Origin: Lama glama | Lineage: Eukaryota | NCBI GenBank assembly: GCA_028534125.1 | Contig: CM052830.1 | Span: 20,770,001-20,834,000, forward strand | Length of the DNA: 64,000 nt | Direction: 5' to 3' | Shown here: positions 57,401-64,000 of the stretch, one piece after another | How positions within the stretch are numbered: the first letter of the stretch is position 1 | Layout of the letters: the number at the start of each line of letters is the position of its first letter | The notes under the pieces: generated by a model | The model's input: only the letters and a program-made list of their open reading frames with translations | Told to the model about the DNA's origin: nothing | Database searches by the model: none | Program-made: the position numbers and the translations under genes

Positions 57401-60400
57401 CTGTCTCTGTCCCCAGTCTGTAAGCATCATGTCAGGGTATCCCCAGCCCCCAGCACATAAAAAGCACTGACATGTCTGCTGAAAGACAGGGATGGGCTTC
57501 CCCATGGGACCCCCAGCCCCATGACGCCTCTGTTCTCCCCTCCTCTTTTCACTGGGATGATTATAGGCTTCAGCAATTATTCTCTTGGTTCTTAACTCTA
57601 ATCAACTGCTGTAAAACTACAGCTCACTTACGCACTTCAAGTTTCTGTGCAGGAAGTTTCTTGGCCTATCAACAGGGTGTGGGCATGACTGCTGGAAAGT
57701 TACCAGCCCAGAAATGATTTTTTTCTTGAATGTTGAGTGTGGCTGACCGAGACTGTAGTGATGGAGAAAAGTAGGGAGCAGCAGCGGCAGGTATGCGGCA
57801 CCCCAAAAGAGCCAACTCAACAGTTCAGGGGTCAAGAGGGGTCCCTGAGAAAAGCCTTTCAGTTGAAGGGTTGCCACATACAAGTCTACTGGCTTTGTTC
57901 CCTGCGGGCAGCAGGCAGCAGTGCTCAACAGCCCAGAAATGTGCACGACAGACAGTAGGCAGAGCAGCCACTAACTGCCATTTACAACCTTCTCAGCCTC
58001 TCCTACTTGAGAAGTCCCTTTAACCACTTTGATCTCACCAGGAGCTCACAGGAAACTGACAGTTTGCTCCCAAATACCCACCCAAGATTAGCTTTGGCTA
58101 CTATATCCACAGTCAGCTCATTCTCCCCAAGGGGGCCACAGAGTATTTTGCCTTTAAATCTCTCAAAATTGGTAGTGAAAGAAGGTCAGGGGAAGGAGAA
58201 AGGGGCGCAGGAAGCTAGTGTTTATGCATCTGCGTAGCAAGGACCGGGCTGGAGCTCACCACGCATTTCTCACTTAATTGTACAATGTCGAGGTGGTTAT
58301 TTGGAGACGGGAAAACAATGGCTCAAAGAGCAAGTTACTTACCTGCCCATGGTCTCAGAGCTTCTAAGTGGCAGCACCAGTGCTGAAACCTGGGCCTGCC
58401 TGGCTCTGTCACACCACGCTGCCTCGTGGATTGAAAGAACAGTAGAAAGTGGTCTGGGTGGGGGCATCAGGAAGGGGGAGAGGGAAGGAAAGCAGAAGAA
58501 AGCCCTGTGTGCACAGAGTGCCTACAAGGCCATGTCTTGGCCTCAGGAGGCGCCTGTGAATGGGAGCTTCTCCTCCTCCCTGGTTCTTCTCATTGGCTTC
58601 GACTCATCCGGGAGGTGCAGGCAAAGAGAAAACCAGCCCTCACACAGCGCCTGTCCAGGAGACTTATCTGGGGCCTCTGAAGTAAGAATTGCTAACCTTT
58701 TCCACTACCTCCAAAACAGAGCACCTTGGGTAAGAGGAGCCCCTGCCTTCCTCTCAGTAGAGAAAGACACAGGTGGGTTATGTCTCTGAGGGGACCAGAA
58801 GAATACGGCCCTAGCACCCGGACATGCACATAAAAGGCCTTCAAAAAATAACCAAAGTCTAATCTGACTGTTACTCAAAGTGTAAGTAGTGCTTCCTCAA
58901 CACCTCAACCCTGGAAGATCGAAAAGGGGAAATGGATTCATTATCCTTGAAAATCTACAAGGCTGCCTTGCGGAAGAGGAAGCAGGGCTGTCTTTTTATT
59001 TCCTCTCCTGTTTTTCTCTAAAGCCCCAGAAGACAGAAGTCTTCACTGGGCAGAAATCAGCAGGGGGATTTCAGGTCGATTAGAAGGACTTCCCTAACCA
59101 TCAGAACTGGCCAACAATGGAGTGGGTCTTCTCAGGAGGTGGGCATCTTCTTGCTCGTAGAAGACCATCTATCTGGGATGTCACAGTGTGGAATCCAACA
59201 TGACAGAGGCCCAGATGAGAGGGCCCCCGGAGGCCAATTCTGTCCTGAGAAGCAAAGAGCCTACGACAAATTCATCCAGCGCTGACTTCCTGAGAACCCA
59301 TCCCAGGCAGAGCACTAAGCAACTTGCTGAGAATGCTGAGAGCGACAAGAGACGTGGTGCCTACTACAACTCCGTGGTAGACACAAACTGCATTTAACAA
59401 GCAGAGCAAGCCAAAGTACCAAAACGCAAAGTGCCCAGGAGGTGGAAGAAAGGAGGCAGCTCACAGGTGGAGACGAAGGGGGCCTAGAAGAATGGGCTGA
59501 GAGATTTACAGTCTCAATGAGCATGAAGTGGGGGATAAACAAGGCATGTTTTGGCAGGGAGGATGCAAGTCTGAATAGTTAAGGTGGAAACAGGCTGCGA
59601 AATGCCTTGAATACCAGGAGGAAATTTAAACTCTGAACCATGAAGGGGGGAGGCAGTGGGTGTTCTGTGAACCAAAAAAAAGTGATTAAATCAGTATTTT
59701 GGATGATTTTAATGGCCCTTTTTTGTTGAAAAAATATAACATACACACACAAATGTATGTAGACACCTACCTAATCAGACTGGAATTACAGAGGATTTTA
59801 CTTTTCAATGTTTTAATTTTATTGATTCACATACAGGTATTTGATCACTAGGATATACCTGATACTGATACTGTGAAACGTTCCAAGGAAAAAAGAAGAG
59901 AGGTAAGAGCCTCTGACTTCCTGGAGGTTACAGTCTAACGGAGAGGGAGACAATCATAAAAAACTGTTTATTTTTTTCTAAATTAACATTTGAATCACTT
60001 GTCAAGATGGATCACTTGCTCTCCCCCCTCTCTCTCCATCAACAAAGAAAATTGAGATTGCACCGAAATTATAGAATAATTTAGTGAACTGACACTGTCA
60101 CAATATTTAGTCTTTCAAGTAAGAGAGCAGCATGACTATTCTAATAAAATACATTGTTCATGTTCCTCAGTAATGATTTACAATGTCAATATATTACTTC
60201 TGTAAACAGTAGTGAAGACTTGAGAGGGAAAGCCGGCACTGGGGCTGGCCAGCTATGCAGTAGCTCACACTGAGAATCTGGGTGGAGGCGGGGGTGCGGC
60301 GGGTGGGGGCGGGGGAACAGTAGAACCAGGGAGAAATGTCAGAGCTCCCAAGTCAGAGAATCAATTGGATCTGGATTGAGGGGATGAAAGAGAAAGGATG

Positions 60401-63119
60401 AATCTGAATCTTATTGTGAGAAAGGTAGGTTCTGATGGAAATGGAGAGACATTAGGTAGGGGATCAAGCAGGAAGCCTTTGAGCACTAATGAAGAGAGAT
60501 CACTGTCTCTGGGGTGCATGGGGGGTTGCCAAGACCAATCCCACATCCCTGGAGGAAGCCAGGTATGGCAGCTGGCAGCAGCAGGAGCCACAGGCTCATC
60601 GCCAAACTTGCAGTGAGGAGAAAGGGAGACATCTAACCAGCGTCTCTTGACCCAGGAAAGCTACCTTGGGCCTCTCTTTTTACTGGGATTTGGGGGAAAA
60701 AAAAAAGGCCAAGCCAGACCACGCCTCTAAGATCTTAGGAGCCAGCACTGCATTCCTTAGAGCTCTACCNNNNNNNNNNNNNNNNNNNNNNNNNNNNNNN
60801 NNNNNNNNNNNNNNNNNNNNNNNNNNNNNNNNNNNNNNNNNNNNNNNNNNNNNNNNNNNNNNNNNNNNNNNNNNNNNNNNNNNNNNNNNNNNNNNNNNNN
60901 NNNNNNNNNCCCCAAGGCAAGAGTTAACCCTTTCCTTCAGATTTAAAGCACAGAAGCTAAGCTACTCACTCTTCACTTGAGCTCCCCATATTCTGAAACC
61001 TCTAAGAAACTACCGTCCTTAGAACACCATCAGAGACGCTACAACTTTTATAGAGATTCTTGAGTATTCTCTGAAGACACAGAACAGTCATGTTTTCCTT
61101 CTGTCTATGCTCCATAACCTAATAGATTCTGAATTCCACCTAAGGCTCATATCTGGGCAAATTCCTAGGACCTGACCTCAAAAGTAGTCATTAGTTAAAT
61201 CACTAAACTTCAAAGGGCTGATCCCAAGCTCATGGATCCTAGTCAATAACTCTGAAATACAAAACGTAACAAAAGTCTTCAGGCTGAATCTTGCTGTTGT
61301 TAGTATTGTTACTACTTTTTAAATAAGCTGTAAACTATCTTTTCTTGAGTCAGCCCTGTGGCTCCGTAGGTGCTACCTATGCCACGCTTGTGACTACTAC
61401 TGGACAGGCTGATGATGCTGTGATGTTAAAAGTCCAATTCCCAGATCCTGGGAGGAAGAAAAGAAAAACATCTTTGCCTTCCCACCAGTTTTAACTGATC
61501 CCAGGAGGTAATGAGACATGCACAAGGGGGCAATGGGCAGGATTATAAGCAAATCCTAAGAGGAGAGAGGAGCCCCAGGAAGTAAAACAGATACTGTTAT
61601 AACCAACACTGTTGGACTACAAAACCCTCCTGATAAGATCAGGATTACTGCTCTTAGCTCAACCGCTCAGGCCTTGGAAGCACTAGAGTTATAATTATCA
61701 GATGTACACCTTCCGCTGTCAGGTAACTTTAGCAGGAACCCGAAAGCATCTCCCTACCTCTTACTAGCAACAAAGATCAATTCAAACTCGGTGGCTTGGA
61801 AAAAGAGCCAAGGGGCCCTTTTCTGATAAAGCAGTGGAAAGGAGAAAGGGTGGGGGTAGGGGTGGAGGAAGAGGTGGCAATCCTACTTTTCCATCTAGGC
61901 ACACAGTCACTTCCAAGAAATAATCAAGAAGACTGCCCAGAAATGGGGTGTTCCTACAAAAGGAGGAAGAAAAACTAAAATGCGCTGTTGGTAATGAGGA
62001 CACCTCTATGCCACAGAGTGAACTGGCCCGGCCAAGTCTAAGCCTGACCGCCACCGAGGAAAGGCCCAGCCCCCTGTCCCTCCGGAATTTGAGCTGATAG
62101 CACTGCGTATTCCGCCGTGAGCTACCTACCACCTGAACCTCCATAATGGCTGCTGACAGCCCTTCACAGCACAGAGCTCGGGGGGTCAGCGCTGGAGAGC
62201 CGAACGTGAGAAGCCCTCACCCGACCCTCTCTGACAGGCAGGGAGACCAAGACCCGAGGCTGGGAAGCCCGCCCAACGTCAGTGCTTCAGGAAAGTTTCA
62301 TAAAATTTCTTTTCTTCAAACTACATATTTTAAATGCATAGGAAGAACGCATTAAAAAAATGCCATGATGAATTATTTTATAAAGTGAAAAAGAAAAAAG
62401 TCAAGTTTGAGGTTCCACAGAGCAAGTCCCCTCAGGCAGAACACAGTTGCACTTCGTATTAAAAGCCAGCCCTGTTTACAGTTTTGAGAGCTTCTCTAGG
62501 CCTGCTTCCAACCCCACACCCCCAGCCTGGAGGTGGCACTATGCTGTACACGCTCCAACTCTGATGCCAGCTGCCCCGCCCTGTCCCCGTGCCCCAGGCT
62601 GAGTGTCTCGAATGCGGACAGCAACTTACTCCTCTGTGAGGCCTGTGTACCTGGCACAGGGCCTGGCAGATGGTAAGGACTCAAATGAATGTCAGCACCT
62701 GAAGAATAAGCCACAGGAACAAACTTCTGAGAGTCACTGCAGCCTAAGTGATGAATTTGGGAGGAAAATACATACTTAAAAGCAGGTGGGCTTTGAGTTC
62801 TAAAATACAACTCCATAAAAGGAAACTAGAAGGCAATAGAAGCCATTTTCTAAAGAAAGCAGTTTAATTTTAAGGTTCAAGAGGATAAAAGAGTGAGCAT
62901 CCTCCCACCCCCACCCCTCGATTCAGCAAAAAAGGAGCCTGTTATTCGTACCTAAACTTAGCAAAGCTTTAAAAAAATGATAATATTCAATGATAACAAG
63001 GGTTGGGGCAATGGGATCTCCTATATTCCCATAGCAAAATATAAAAATGGCATGACCTTTTCTGAAAGTCACCTGCCTTAAAATGTCCATTACAATAAAA
63101 ACAGCAGCAGCAGCAGTAA

Positions 63120-63340
63120 CATAATAATCAGGCATTTACTATGTGCCAGGCCCAGTTCCAGTGTTTTATTTGTATTAAACATTTAAACCTCAGCACAATG
63201 CTCTGAGGTGGGTACTATTGTTACCCTCATTTTTTCAGATGAGAGAAATCAAGGCATAAGGAAGTGACTTAAAGAAGCTGCAAAGTGACCCGAGTGGAGT
63301 TGACAATCAGATGCAGACAGTGCACCTTCAAGTCCCTGCT
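63120..63340. mobile_element. MIR SINE fragment
   Basis: gcatttactatgtgccaggc...aacctcagcacaatgctctgaggtgggtactattgttaccctcattttttcagatgagagaaatcaaggc. Confidence 0.7.
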
Positions 63341-63349
63341 TGTGACAGC

Positions 63350-64000
63350 CTTACTTTCTTAGTCTCCTTCTGATCTTGTAATTCTGTTCTATGAATCTAC
63401 CCTAAGGAATCAACTAGAAATACAGTACAATTTTATTTATAAAAGCAAAAAATTAGAAACAGCCTATATGTGTGACCATAAGGGAACAGGCAACATATGA
63501 ATGTGCCATCCATGTGACAGAACATCGTGTAGCCATTTAACACTGCTTTTTAAGAGTTTGATCCCTACTTCACATCCTTCCCATTAATTCTAGATGGAGT
63601 AAAGATCTACATATAAAAATACAACCATAAAATAATTATAACAATATACATTTTTTATAATCCTGCAGAGGGGATGGCCTTTATAAGTATGACTGAAACC
63701 ATAAAGGGAAAGATCGATAGATTTAGCTACATCAAAATTTTATACTGCCTGATGAAAGAGCTACAAATCAAGATGAAAGACCAACAACTTAAAAAATACT
63801 TGAAACATAAAGACAAAGGTCTATGCACAAGAGCTACTACAGATCAATAAGAAAGATAACAGCATAGAAACACAGGTAAAGGCAACAAAAACACAACACA
63901 CCAAAACCCATGGGATGCAGCAAAGGCAGTACCGGGAGAGAGGTTTATACTGGTAATAAACACATATACATTAAAAAAGAAAAAAGATGTCAAATAAACA
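63350..64000 (+). mobile_element. A-rich LINE-1 fragments
   Basis: aaaagcaaaaaattagaaacagcct...gaacatcgtgtagccatttaa; gatagatttagctacatcaaaattt; ccatgggatgcagcaaaggcagtacc...gagaggtttata (L1 ORF2-like). Confidence 0.65.

Noticed and set aside
1-64000. CRISPR arrays, rRNA, snoRNA or miRNA hairpins, prokaryotic-type systems
   Set aside because: No spaced direct repeats or recognisable structured RNA genes were seen; the sequence is intron-rich mammalian DNA. An Infernal/Rfam scan would be needed to exclude small ncRNAs formally.

Overview
Mammalian genomic DNA, probably camelid (a tRNA-Ala-headed vic-1-like SINE at 2270-2382), carrying the conserved EDC3-CLK3-ARID3B cluster. It contains the last two coding exons and 3' UTR of EDC3 (+ strand). 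It contains CLK3 on the - strand, with 10 coding exons read directly; exon 4 and the last coding exon appear to fall in N gaps. It also contains ARID3B exons 3-9 and its 2.4-kb 3' UTR (- strand; the 5' exons lie beyond the window). Exon numbers follow the human orthologues from memory. The main thing these genes do not explain is a chain of about 8-10 splice-site-bounded, coiled-coil-coding exon remnants on the + strand at ~22.7-30.7 kb, head-to-head with CLK3. Some are intact; others carry stops, frameshifts or CpG-decay (CGG>TGG) scars, which fits a decayed or unannotated multi-exon gene. Other notable signals: six let-7 and four miR-125 seed matches in the ARID3B last exon, a NAGNAG acceptor and a stop-free in-frame intron in ARID3B, a candidate poison 5' splice site and an out-of-frame upstream ATG in CLK3, a second CCAAT/GC-box CpG promoter at ~32.5 kb, and CTCF-like motifs. 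There are no CRISPR arrays, rRNA or genuine tRNA genes. I found no evidence of a wholly new biological system beyond the cryptic coiled-coil gene remnant.
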